This document shows positions 16,446 through 25,882 of a stretch of DNA of 53,071 nt, in pieces. Origin of the DNA: a virus (Duplodnaviria > Caudoviricetes); IMG/VR virus record IMGVR_UViG_3300021976_000019, positions 1 to 53,071 of that record; one strand, 5' to 3'. The translations under genes and the position numbers were made by a program. The notes under the pieces are model-generated. The model ran no database searches, was not told the DNA's origin, and was given only the letters and a program-made list of their open reading frames with translations. Numbering within the stretch: the first letter of the stretch is position 1; every line of letters starts with the position of its first letter.

Positions 16446-19400
16446 CAGTCCTCCTTCAGATCCTGGGCGACGCTACGGTCGAACTCCTCGGCCAGCTCGT
16501 CCAACATCTCCTGGATCGTAGAGCCGAAGATGAGGGCGATGCGACGTGGCGTCTCAGCGCCGATGTACTCGGCCCAGGCCTCGGCGATCACCTCGCGCTC
16601 GTTGGTGGCGCTGTAGCTGGACAGGCCGGAGCTGAAGCTGGTCCGGGCCTTGTCGAACATGACCGCAAACCGCAGCCGAGCGTCGTTGGAGAAGTCGGGA
16701 GACAGACCGAACTCATTGGCGATCGCCGTGGCCAGCCGTGAGTAGAACCTGTCCTGAAGCTCAGCGCTGCCCTGGGACAGCATCATGTTCTCCCAGATGT
16801 GGCCGGTCTCGTGGTTGACGATCGCCTGGTAGGGAGTGGCCGCGGATGGGACCATCCAACCCGTCGACTGGGAAGCCAGGACGACGCCAGGGAAGTCGTC
16901 TCCGTCCAGCGTGTCGGGCAGATGGAGGGTCTGGTTACGACCGTCATTGTCGTCAGAGCGAACGAAGGCCAGAGTGCCGGGACTCATCTGCGCCAGGCTC
17001 TTATTGGTCTGGGAGTGGCCACCGACATACGTCACCGGGAACCGCTTGGCCACTGACTCAGGCACGAACTTCGCCGCGTCCCGGATGGCGTTACGGGCCT
17101 TGGACTTGATGTCCTTGGTGCCACCAACCGCGGCTGGGAACCCAGACAGACCGTGCTCGTCGGGGTCCCGGATGGCGGCATGGGTGTAGGTCTTCGGCGG
17201 GTTGCCGGACGGGGCCTGGCGGGCGTTGAACAGGACCTCGGCCGGGGAGAGACCGGGGAAGAATCCCTTGGCCAGACGCGCGGACAGCTGGAGGGAGTTG
17301 ATTGGGGTGCCGTCGGAGCGGCGCCACCCGGAGCTGGTGGCGCGGAAGCTCTCGTGGCCGACCTGCAGGGTCATGCCCTCAGGCGGGTCCTCAAGCTCAG
17401 GCTGCAGCTGGCTCAGCAGATCGGCGATCGACGCCTTCTTCTTGTGCGTCCACACCGGGGTGAGGAAGGCATCAGGCTTGAGGATTCCGTCCGGCCACAG
17501 CTCCTCGCCGATGTCCTCAGGCTCCTGCCGATTGTCATAGTCGAAAGCACGCTGGGCGTCGAGAATCAGATAGCCGAGAGCACTGTTGACATCCTCGCCA
17601 ACCACAGTGCTGGAGCCGTTGAAGCTGTCCTTGATCAGCGCGACCCGCTCGCCCTCGGCGTTCTCCACCAGGTACCCCTGGTCATCGCCGTAGCCGTGGA
17701 CCTGGAAGACCTTGTCGCCGGGGCTGAGCCGGTAGTCCTGGCCCTTGAACGAGAGCAGGCCGGATGCGGTGACCAGGTACTCATCACCGAGCTTGGGCGG
17801 CGTCTTGGAGCCCTCACGGACGGCGGGAGGAGGTGGTCGAGTGTCGGTCAGGGGACGACCAGTGGTCTCGGTGAGGTAGCGGCGCATCGCCGACTCGATC
17901 GGCTTGGGGTTCATGTCCGACCGGGTCTGCACCGTGGTCGGGTTGAGCCTCTCGCCTTGATCTTGGAAGTAGCCGTAGCCGATGACTTCGCCCTCTTCAT
18001 CGGTGGCCCAGACATCGAAGCCACCTCCAGTGACCGCGGCCTTGCCCACCGTGACGCCGTTGTAGGTCTTCTCCTCGCCCTCCATGCCACCGCGGTTCAT
18101 GATCGTGCGACGGTGCATCTTCTGGAAGTTCCAGCGACGCTGCTCTTCGTTGGAGAGCAGGTCGCCGGGGGGCGCGATCATTGGAGTGATCTTCTTGGTG
18201 TCCTTGGTCGGACCCCAGTAGCCCCACTCGATCAGGTCGTTGCCGCCGTTGCGGACGGTCTTGGCCGGGACCTGCGTCTCGATCACATCGAAGTCGCCGC
18301 CGTCTGGCATGGCCCCGATGGCGTGCTGCTGGGCGTAGGCCTTGGAGATGGAGACCCAATCGCCCTCGCGGAACTCGCTGACGCCCTTCGGGACCGCTCG
18401 GTAGACCGTGATCGGGGTGTTGTCCGGCTTCCCGCGAAGGCTCTGGACGGTGTCGACCGACTCCTTCTGGATGCCGCCTTCGCCGAAGGAGTACAGGTCG
18501 GGCCGGTCGTAGACATCGTCGGGGAAGACCGTGCCGTTGGCCAGGTTGTTGATCTGCGGGCCCTCTTCATCGGGCCGGTGCGAGCCCCAGGTGGCCTCTG
18601 CAGCCTCGTTCAACGCGTCCTTGACCTTACCCCTGGCCTCCTCGCCCGTGAGCCCTGCATCGGGCGTAGGGCGATCCTCGGGCGGGGCGTTGGTCAGAGA
18701 CTTCTCGGAGTCCTCGTGGGCAGCCAACTTCTCGATCTTGTCGCGGCCGAGCAGCTCCAACGCCTTCTCGTCGGTGACGGTGGTGCCGACCTCGTCGGGC
18801 TGGTCCTTGCTGTAGTCGATCGTCCAGCCGTCCTCCTGCTTGGTCAGGAGACGGTTCGGGCCGCGGCTGGTCTTGCCGACGGGGCGGTTGGCCAGGAAGT
18901 CGATCAGCCGCTGCATCGCGGCGTCGGTGGTCTTCTCGGGAGCGTCTGGAGACTTCTCGCCATCGCGGAGAGGCTTGACCTGCTGCTTGTGCTCTGGGGC
19001 GTCCCCCTCATGCAATCGATCGAAGGAGCGCTTCGGGCGCGGCAGGGCTGGCCGGTCGGGCTGATCGAAGGAGCGCTTCGGCGCCTCGGGCATGGCCGCG
19101 GCGAAGATCTGGGTGGTGATCCCCTTCTGGGCGGCCAGCTGGGGACCACCGAGCGCGCTGACCAGATCCCGCAGCTGGACGTAGGAGCGGACATCGACCA
19201 GCTTGCCGGTCTTGTTGCTCCGACGCTTGTAGGAGGAGATCTTGACCGGGCTGGCCAGCTCGATCGTCTGAGCGCTGATCTTCTGAGCGGCCGCGATCAC
19301 CTTGGCCGTCTTGTCGGAGACGGAGGGCTTCGGCAGAGTCTTGTGCTGCAGCGCTCTGAGCGCCCGGACGGCGGCCTCGGAGCCGGGGACACCGTCCAGG

Positions 19401-19675
19401 CTCGCCAGGAGCTTGTCGGCGACACCCAAGGCCTCCGGCGACACCTCATCGTCCGGGGACTCCATCTCCAGCTCTTCGACTGGCTCGATCCAGACGTTGG
19501 GGATGGACCGGCCGTTGGCGAAAGTGCCTGGCTTGGCCGCGATCGGCGGACGGCCGGGCAGCGTCAGGACCGAGTCGGCCGCCTCCTGGTTGCCGCGCTG
19601 GTGCGGCTTGACGTTGACGACCTGGCCGGTCGAGGTGCGGCGCTGGTAGCCGGGGATCTCCTCCTCGTTGGCCAT
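16445..19675 (-). CDS. large multidomain protein with ART-like domain and C-terminal zincin metallopeptidase
   Basis: 1076 aa; TVYRAVP...GDWVS...EWGY at about 18210-18415; HETGH at 16799-16813 followed by SYSATNEREVIAEA. Confidence 0.65.
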   Translation of the reverse strand: MANEEEIPGYQRRTSTGQVVNVKPHQRGNQEAADSVLTLPGRPPIAAKPGTFANGRSIPNVWIEPVEELEMESPDDEVSPEALGVADKLLASLDGVPGSEAAVRALRALQHKTLPKPSVSDKTAKVIAAAQKISAQTIELASPVKISSYKRRSNKTGKLVDVRSYVQLRDLVSALGGPQLAAQKGITTQIFAAAMPEAPKRSFDQPDRPALPRPKRSFDRLHEGDAPEHKQQVKPLRDGEKSPDAPEKTTDAAMQRLIDFLANRPVGKTSRGPNRLLTKQEDGWTIDYSKDQPDEVGTTVTDEKALELLGRDKIEKLAAHEDSEKSLTNAPPEDRPTPDAGLTGEEARGKVKDALNEAAEATWGSHRPDEEGPQINNLANGTVFPDDVYDRPDLYSFGEGGIQKESVDTVQSLRGKPDNTPITVYRAVPKGVSEFREGDWVSISKAYAQQHAIGAMPDGGDFDVIETQVPAKTVRNGGNDLIEWGYWGPTKDTKKITPMIAPPGDLLSNEEQRRWNFQKMHRRTIMNRGGMEGEEKTYNGVTVGKAAVTGGGFDVWATDEEGEVIGYGYFQDQGERLNPTTVQTRSDMNPKPIESAMRRYLTETTGRPLTDTRPPPPAVREGSKTPPKLGDEYLVTASGLLSFKGQDYRLSPGDKVFQVHGYGDDQGYLVENAEGERVALIKDSFNGSSTVVGEDVNSALGYLILDAQRAFDYDNRQEPEDIGEELWPDGILKPDAFLTPVWTHKKKASIADLLSQLQPELEDPPEGMTLQVGHESFRATSSGWRRSDGTPINSLQLSARLAKGFFPGLSPAEVLFNARQAPSGNPPKTYTHAAIRDPDEHGLSGFPAAVGGTKDIKSKARNAIRDAAKFVPESVAKRFPVTYVGGHSQTNKSLAQMSPGTLAFVRSDDNDGRNQTLHLPDTLDGDDFPGVVLASQSTGWMVPSAATPYQAIVNHETGHIWENMMLSQGSAELQDRFYSRLATAIANEFGLSPDFSNDARLRFAVMFDKARTSFSSGLSSYSATNEREVIAEAWAEYIGAETPRRIALIFGSTIQEMLDELAEEFDRSVAQDLKED

Positions 19676-21225
19676 CAGATCCCTGCATCCACAGGGTTCA
19701 GCTTCATGTCCGGTCGGGAGAGGAACAACTCGTTGGCCTTGGCCACCAGCTCGTCCATCGCCGCGGTCATCGCGGCCACGTCACCAGGAGGCTTGGACGG
19801 ACCTGGAGGACCAGCAGGGGGACCGCCGGGGCCTGGCGGAGCGCCTTCCTCGCCGAGCGGACCGGCCATGGCCTGCATCTTGGCCTGCTCCTCGGCCATC
19901 GCAGCCTGCTGCTCCGCGGCCTCCTTCTCGCGCTTCTCGATCTCCTCGTAGTCGATGTCCAGACCGAGGTCCTCGGTGACCTTCTTCTCCAGCTCACGGA
20001 CGAACTCCGGCGTGCTGTTGAGGATCGAGCTGACCACCACGGTGTTGAACATCTCCTTGATCGCCTCACGGGCGTGGTCGGAGAGCTTCCCCGGCTTGAA
20101 CACGGGGTACTTCTTGGAGTCGAAGTTGAAATTGATGAACTGGGGCATCAGGTGGTGCGTCAGCGTCTCACCGACATCGGTCGCCATCGTCTCCAGGCAG
20201 AGCAGGAACATGTCGGCCTTGGCGTCCTGACCGGTGTTCTCGATCAGCACCGTCCGGCTCTCGTTGTCGAAGAAGCTGGCCAGGATCGACTTGCTCATCT
20301 GCAGGTTGTGGTGATCGATCAGCTTCATGAAGTCGAAGTTGGCCGAGCCGCTGAAGTTGTCCACCTCGTAGCCGGGGAGCAGGGCCATCGAGGTGTTGAA
20401 GGCGAACTCCTGCAGGGAGCGGACGAAGGCCAACACCTCGCTTGGCCGGGCGCCCGGTGGGATCTTGCCGATTCGTCCTGGAACCGCGGCGAACTGGGCC
20501 GCCAGGTGGGCGATGTAGTAGAGCTTCCGCTTGGCGTCGAAATGCGGGTAGGCCGACTCGAACGCGCTCACCCCGTAGAACGGGTTCATCTCGTCGTGGT
20601 GAACGAAGGTGAGCGTCTTGGCTGGCTCAAACGTCTCGTCGATCGCGGTGCCATCGGGGGACATAGCGACCTGTCGGAAGCCTGCGTAGCCACCGTGCTT
20701 GTCGGTCTTGAAGGTGATCGTCCGCGGGTCCCGGTAGGCGAGCTTGCGCAGCACGTACTTGCCCTTGAGTGGGCCGTCGGTCGGGCACGTCCGGACGATC
20801 TCGAAGGCAGCGAACCCGTCGGTGAGGGAGAGCAGGATCTGCCGGATCAGCTTGCCACGCGGGACACTCATGCCACCGGAGGAGGGAGGCAGCGTCCACA
20901 TCTGATTGGCGAACTCAGTCTCCTTCGCCGCGTCACCATCCTCGGGCTCAATCCACTCCCCCGTCTGGAGAGCAAGCCGCAGAGGGAGGGTGACGAGCTG
21001 GGTGAGCGCCTTGGACTGACCGTCGCGACGACGCATCTCGACCAGCTGGTCGAGGGTGACCAGCGGCTTGTTCAGGATCAGGGCAGTGCCATCACCCATC
21101 CAGTCGAGCCAGGAGGCTCCACCAGGGATCAGGGGCCCCGTGCCCAACTCAACGTTCAGCTCCAGCGGGACCGCCTTCTCGTCCTGCTGGCTCCCGTTGA
21201 TCGGAGCGTTCTCGGGCAGTGCCAT
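19675..21225 (-). CDS. portal protein (DUF935/Mu gp29-like)
   Basis: About 516 aa directly after terminase; DGFAAFEI, PFYGVS and HNLQMSKSIL motifs; likely start MALPE at 21225. Confidence 0.8.
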   Translation of the reverse strand: MALPENAPINGSQQDEKAVPLELNVELGTGPLIPGGASWLDWMGDGTALILNKPLVTLDQLVEMRRRDGQSKALTQLVTLPLRLALQTGEWIEPEDGDAAKETEFANQMWTLPPSSGGMSVPRGKLIRQILLSLTDGFAAFEIVRTCPTDGPLKGKYVLRKLAYRDPRTITFKTDKHGGYAGFRQVAMSPDGTAIDETFEPAKTLTFVHHDEMNPFYGVSAFESAYPHFDAKRKLYYIAHLAAQFAAVPGRIGKIPPGARPSEVLAFVRSLQEFAFNTSMALLPGYEVDNFSGSANFDFMKLIDHHNLQMSKSILASFFDNESRTVLIENTGQDAKADMFLLCLETMATDVGETLTHHLMPQFINFNFDSKKYPVFKPGKLSDHAREAIKEMFNTVVVSSILNSTPEFVRELEKKVTEDLGLDIDYEEIEKREKEAAEQQAAMAEEQAKMQAMAGPLGEEGAPPGPGGPPAGPPGPSKPPGDVAAMTAAMDELVAKANELFLSRPDMKLNPVDAGI

Positions 21226-21235
21226 GTACTTCCCC

Positions 21236-23170
21236 TCACCCACCGAAACCAAGTTCTGTCAGGCTCTCACGTGAGGCCAGTCCCAGGGACAGGGAACCGC
21301 CGAAGCCGAGCCCGCTGGAGTGATTGTTCGCCATCACCGCGTAGTGGGACAGCTGGTCCTCGATCTTGAGCTTCTCCAGGTTGGAGCCTTCGTCGCCGCC
21401 CATCTCCAGCGCTCCGCAGACCGATCCGGCCAAGGCATCGGACTCGTCCTTGCTGCCGGGGATCGGGTGGTCGATCTTGCCGTTGGGGAGCTTGCGCAGG
21501 GAGGAGATCTCACGGATTAGCAGCGGCCGGAAGTAGCCCTCCAGCCGGTTGTCCTCGATCACGTCCCGGAGCGCGAAGTAGCCGTCAGGCTTGCGGTCGA
21601 GGGAAAGGAGCTTGGATTCGATCTCGCGGCTGAGCAGGATCTGCATCATGTCCAGCGACTGCCAGCCGTCGAAGGTAGCTGAGGCCACGTAGAACTCCCT
21701 GGAGATCAGCTCCCAGATCAGCTGGCGGTACCAACGGATCTGCACCTCACGGGCGGCGATCTCACCCGTGTCAGGGTTCACCGCCTTGAGGTCGGCCTCG
21801 AAGCTGAAGGTGAAGTCGTTCTTGACGATCGGTCGCCGCTCGAACACGTCAGTCGCATCGTTGGGCTGGGTCTCGATCCAGGTCCGGACGTGTGACATGG
21901 CTACGCCAGCGCGGTCGCCGTTCTTGGCCAGGTCCCCGTGCAGACAGTAGGCCGAACCCGGCATTGCCACAAGATCGTGGTGGAAGTGGAACCGCACCTG
22001 CCAGCCACGGATCTCGGGCGGAGCACCTTCCTCCAGGGGCATCTTGTCCGGCAGGCCCCAGAAGTACTCCACGGCGATCGGGTCGGGGATGACATCGGAG
22101 AAAGCGTGGGCGATCGCGAGGTCGTTTCGCATGAAGCGGTTGACGGCGCCGGACGGCTTGCACTCATACATCGCCGCGGCCATCTCGGGATCTTCGTCGT
22201 AGTCGTCCTGGAACTTCTCCCGAACCACGTCCCTACGCGGATTCACATCCCAGGTGGAGTACGGCCCCGAGAGGTAGTACTGCGACTCGGTACCGATCGC
22301 CTTGGCCTTGATGATGCTCTGCTCGCCGCTGTACATCGCCTGCTGGATCGCGTCGCCCTTGAACCGCGGGTAGCTGATCTGGGCCACCTTGAAGCTGGTG
22401 GGGAACCGGGAGCGGGCGGAAGAACGGAGCATCTTGACGATGCCCTCGGCGGTCTTCTTGGCCCGACCCTCGGCGACGATGCCTGCGCGCGCCAGCTCGT
22501 CGTTGGTCTTGAACGCGCTCACCTCGTCGGCGATCCCAACCAGGATGTTCAGGCCCTCCTGGGTGTCCACCTCGGAGTGACCGGAGATCAGCTCGATGTT
22601 CTTCTCCAGCCGGATGGTGGTGGCCATCTCGCCGGGGACCACACCGTCACGCAGCATGTGGCTCAGGTGCTTGTTGGTGGCGAACAGCCGCCGCATCGGG
22701 GAGAAGAAGGCTCGCCGGGCCTGGTCGCCTGACGCTGCGATGTTGAGCAGGTGGATGTCGTCGGTCCGGGGGAAGCCGAAGTAGTCCTGCGGGCTGCGCA
22801 GGCAGCTCAGCAGGTCCGCGGCTCGGGTCACGCCCAGGCGGCAGCAGGAGTCCTTACCGGCACCCTTGCCCCATTCGGCCACCAGCATGTGCTTCATCGG
22901 TCCGACCGCCCAGTGAGCGCCGAACTCCTCGACCATGGCGATGTAGGTCTCGGGCAGGTAGATCTGCTCCAGCTTGTGGACGAAGTCGAATTGGATTCCG
23001 GAGAGCCGCGGGTTGCCCAGGTACGCGTTGTCAGCGATGAACGCCGTCAACGGGACTGGCTCACGCTCGAAGATGTCCGACAGCGCCGACGCAGGCGTGC
23101 CGTCCATCTGCAGATCATCACGGAGCATGTCCGCGATGATCCGGTTGTGATAGGAGGAAGAAGCAGTCAT
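21236..23170 (-). CDS. terL: terminase large subunit
   Basis: Walker A GKGAGKD, Walker B IVGIADE, nuclease motifs HGDLA, TFDGWQS and DHP...KDESDALAG. Confidence 0.9.
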   Translation of the reverse strand: MTASSSYHNRIIADMLRDDLQMDGTPASALSDIFEREPVPLTAFIADNAYLGNPRLSGIQFDFVHKLEQIYLPETYIAMVEEFGAHWAVGPMKHMLVAEWGKGAGKDSCCRLGVTRAADLLSCLRSPQDYFGFPRTDDIHLLNIAASGDQARRAFFSPMRRLFATNKHLSHMLRDGVVPGEMATTIRLEKNIELISGHSEVDTQEGLNILVGIADEVSAFKTNDELARAGIVAEGRAKKTAEGIVKMLRSSARSRFPTSFKVAQISYPRFKGDAIQQAMYSGEQSIIKAKAIGTESQYYLSGPYSTWDVNPRRDVVREKFQDDYDEDPEMAAAMYECKPSGAVNRFMRNDLAIAHAFSDVIPDPIAVEYFWGLPDKMPLEEGAPPEIRGWQVRFHFHHDLVAMPGSAYCLHGDLAKNGDRAGVAMSHVRTWIETQPNDATDVFERRPIVKNDFTFSFEADLKAVNPDTGEIAAREVQIRWYRQLIWELISREFYVASATFDGWQSLDMMQILLSREIESKLLSLDRKPDGYFALRDVIEDNRLEGYFRPLLIREISSLRKLPNGKIDHPIPGSKDESDALAGSVCGALEMGGDEGSNLEKLKIEDQLSHYAVMANNHSSGLGFGGSLSLGLASRESLTELGFGG

Positions 23171-23616
23171 TACGACCCCGACGCGCCGATGCTCTCCACC
23201 AGCCGCTTGCGGACCGTCTGAGCCACCTCGGGCTCCATTCCACGAACCGCGTTCTTGATCCCGCGGACCACGTCGGCGTAGATCCCCTCGCGGATCTTGC
23301 TCTCGTCGGCGACGCCGATCCGGGTCTTGCGCAGATCAGCGGCCATCGTGACCCAGAGCTGCATCATGGCCTTGTAGGCCTGGTCGCGACCCATGGCGCC
23401 TGCGGACTCCCGGTCACGCATGTAGAAGAACAGGCTGGTGACCCGCTCGATCGCCATCAGCTCCAGCGTGTCGGCGTCCGGGTTCTCCTGCCGGAGCCGC
23501 GCACAGACGATCGAATGCAGCAGCCGGAGGTTCTCGTCCTTGATGAAACTCTCGGGAACGCTCCAGAAGTCGTCGGGAACGCCACCATCAGCCAGTGAGT
23601 TGGTCTGGTCGCTCAT
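23170..23616 (-). CDS. putative terminase small subunit
   Basis: 148 aa helical protein coupled to terL (TAATG overlap). Confidence 0.55.
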   Translation of the reverse strand: MSDQTNSLADGGVPDDFWSVPESFIKDENLRLLHSIVCARLRQENPDADTLELMAIERVTSLFFYMRDRESAGAMGRDQAYKAMMQLWVTMAADLRKTRIGVADESKIREGIYADVVRGIKNAVRGMEPEVAQTVRKRLVESIGASGS

Positions 23617-24736
23617 CGGTTACCTCCAGCTCGTCGAACATCTCCGCGAAGGTCAACCTCCCTGGCTCCTGGAGCGCCAAAGACTTTGGAGACTTTTTCG
23701 CGGTCTCTTCCTGCACCTGGAGTATCGGCGCTGACGTAGAAGTCTCTCGAAACTGCGAGATGAGCACGATCATCATGGCCTCGACCTGGGCCCGGAGGTA
23801 ACGCGGGGAGCCTGACAGCGTCCGGGAATCCCAGAGGATCTTCATCACCGCGATCAGCTTGTCGGTACTGAGGGCGTTCTGGTCGAACCGGGTGTGGAAC
23901 TCCTCGATCAGCCCGGCAATCAGGTCGGAGATGTCGGAGGAAGTGACCAGGAACTCGCTCAACAGCTGATGGGCCTTGGCTGGGTCACCCGCCAGCAGAG
24001 CGGAGACGATCCGCGGGGGGAGATCGCTGCGGCCAGTAAGCACCCGCAGCTGATCCAGGGTGTCGATCCGGGAGAGGTTCGCCTGGTCGAGAAGGATCAA
24101 CGACTCCCGCAGGCCACCCTCACTCGCGTGGGCGATGGCCGTGAGGATCTCATCCGACATTGCCAGCTGCTCCGCGGTGTTGACCTGACGGATGCGAGCC
24201 AGCACGTCGGTGATCGCGATGGTGCGGAAGTCGATCGGCATCGAGCGGGTTGCCACCGTTGCCAGGATCTTCTCCGGCTGCGTGGTGAGCAGGACGAAGA
24301 CCACCAGCGGAGGCGGCTCCTCCAGCATCTTCAGCAAGGCGTTGAAAGCGGCTGTGCTGAGCGCGTGGGCTTCGTCCAGTAGAAACACCTGCCAGTTCCC
24401 TGGAACCGCCATGAGCGCCATCTCACGCAGGGCCCGGATGTCGTCAATCCCGTTGCTGGTTGCAGCGTCAACCTCGTGTACGAGAAGGGAGGCGCCTTGC
24501 TGGACCTCCAGGCAAGACTCACACGTTGCGCAGGCGTCACCGAGGTGGGGCTGGGAGCAGTTGAGGGCGGCCGCGAGGATGCGAGCAGCACTCGTTTTTC
24601 CTACCCCACTCGGTCCGCGGAAGAGCATGGCGGCTGGGATACGGCCGCTGTGCACCATCGCCTGCAAGACAACGCGCGCGGAGGGCTGACCGACCAGGTC
24701 CGCGAAACGGTGTGGTCGGTACCGAAGGGTCAGCAT
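23588..24736 (-). CDS. dnaX: DNA polymerase III gamma/tau-like clamp-loader ATPase
   Basis: YRPHRFADLVGQ, GPSGVGKTS, four-Cys zinc site, DEAH, FNALLKMLEEPP. Confidence 0.92.
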   Translation of the reverse strand: MLTLRYRPHRFADLVGQPSARVVLQAMVHSGRIPAAMLFRGPSGVGKTSAARILAAALNCSQPHLGDACATCESCLEVQQGASLLVHEVDAATSNGIDDIRALREMALMAVPGNWQVFLLDEAHALSTAAFNALLKMLEEPPPLVVFVLLTTQPEKILATVATRSMPIDFRTIAITDVLARIRQVNTAEQLAMSDEILTAIAHASEGGLRESLILLDQANLSRIDTLDQLRVLTGRSDLPPRIVSALLAGDPAKAHQLLSEFLVTSSDISDLIAGLIEEFHTRFDQNALSTDKLIAVMKILWDSRTLSGSPRYLRAQVEAMMIVLISQFRETSTSAPILQVQEETAKKSPKSLALQEPGRLTFAEMFDELEVTDERPDQLTG

Positions 24737-25017
24737 CAGAAGAAGCTTCCCGAAGAGCTGACGACAAGGGCAAAGTACAAGAAGACCGCGAACAGCAGAC
24801 CGAGAGCGATCGTCACCCCCAGAATGATGATCATCACGAGTCGGATCGAAGCAAGCTGATCCTCCAACCGACCGAAGTGGGACTCCAGGCGACCGAAATG
24901 ATCTTCCAGCCGACCGAAGTGGTTCTCCAACCGACCAAAGTGATCCTCCAGCCGACCAAGCGGAGCCGATACCCCGGTGGAGGTTTTCTCGGAATCGACG
25001 TTCTCCGGGTCACTCAT
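24736..25017 (-). CDS. heptad-repeat coiled-coil membrane protein
   Basis: 93 aa; five (F/L)GRLE(D/N/S)(H/Q) repeats followed by a C-terminal TM helix. Confidence 0.7.
   Translation of the reverse strand: MSDPENVDSEKTSTGVSAPLGRLEDHFGRLENHFGRLEDHFGRLESHFGRLEDQLASIRLVMIIILGVTIALGLLFAVFLYFALVVSSSGSFF
24856..24960. repeat. 5 x 21-bp tandem repeat
   Basis: Imperfect units such as gtgatcctccagccgaccaag; they encode the heptads. Confidence 0.9.
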
Positions 25018-25646
25018 GACACCTCCTGCACGGTCGTGACACCATCTGTCTGGGTGAAGCGGTAGACCTGGTCAGCATCCTCTCCAAAAACCTCCGAGTG
25101 TGAAACCAGCACCACCTGGAGATCCGAACGATCGACCAGCTCCTTGATGAAGGCACTAAGGCCGGGTTGGTAATCCAGGGAAACCTGGCTGAAGCTCTCG
25201 TCCAGGAACAGGACCGGCCGCAGGCCAGGGGTGAGCAGGACGAGTACAGCCTGGATGAGGAATCCGGCCACCGCGGCCACGCCGCCACCTCGGGCATCCA
25301 TGATCGAAGTCTCCAGGGTCTCGGCGCCGTTCTTCGACACCAGCACGAAGTCGATCTCGGAGCGCTTGCCGACCAGCTTGGTCTCCAGCCGGAGGTAGAG
25401 GTCCTCCCCGAAGATGGTCTGCAGACCCTTGGAGACGATCGCCTCGATCTTGCCTTGAACCTCGGCCTGGCGCTCGTCGGCGTAGAGGTTGAGCAGCGAC
25501 GCGATCTGCTCCAGGTCGTCCACTCGTTCGGTCAGGTCCTCGGCCTGCTGGACGGCGTCTCGGTATTGGGTAATCAGCAACCGGGCCTGGCCAGAGCGGC
25601 GCTCGTAGTCGGCGCGGGCCGCGGCCACCTCGGCCTGGATGCTCAC
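25014..25646 (-). CDS. SbcC/Rad50-like ATPase, C-terminal half
   Basis: Coiled coil, signature-like ARGGG, Walker B LFLDE, H-loop VSH; no Walker A. Confidence 0.8.
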   Translation of the reverse strand: MSIQAEVAAARADYERRSGQARLLITQYRDAVQQAEDLTERVDDLEQIASLLNLYADERQAEVQGKIEAIVSKGLQTIFGEDLYLRLETKLVGKRSEIDFVLVSKNGAETLETSIMDARGGGVAAVAGFLIQAVLVLLTPGLRPVLFLDESFSQVSLDYQPGLSAFIKELVDRSDLQVVLVSHSEVFGEDADQVYRFTQTDGVTTVQEVS

Positions 25647-25882
25647 CGGTACCTCGTCTCGCGGTACTGGTTGACCTCGCCGCGACGGAGCTTGGTCAGC
25701 TCGTAGTAGCGAAGCCTGTTGTGATGCTGGGCCACCTGCTCCTCGATCGAGACCGTGTCAGCGTCGGCCCAGGCGGGACGGCCAAGGTCATGAAGGATGA
25801 AGGTGCCACCGATCGTGGGACGGAAGTTCTCGTCGCCAGGAAGGTCTGGGCCGGGATCTCGTTCAGTCACTTCCGCCACCAA
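25643..25882 (-). CDS. hypothetical protein
   Basis: 79 aa filling the gap between the clamp and SbcC-C genes, overlapping both. Confidence 0.5.
   Translation of the reverse strand: MVAEVTERDPGPDLPGDENFRPTIGGTFILHDLGRPAWADADTVSIEEQVAQHHNRLRYYELTKLRRGEVNQYRETRYR

Noticed and set aside
3954-19951. Long plus-strand ORFs (3954-5546, 7587-9203, 10461-13478, 17153-19951 and others)
   Set aside because: Antisense shadows of GC-rich minus-strand genes, with no recognisable motifs
23690-23702. G AAA AAG near the end of dnaX as an E. coli-like -1 frameshift
   Set aside because: Imperfect heptamer, no clear stimulator, and the downstream terminase small subunit gene is in the +1 frame, not -1
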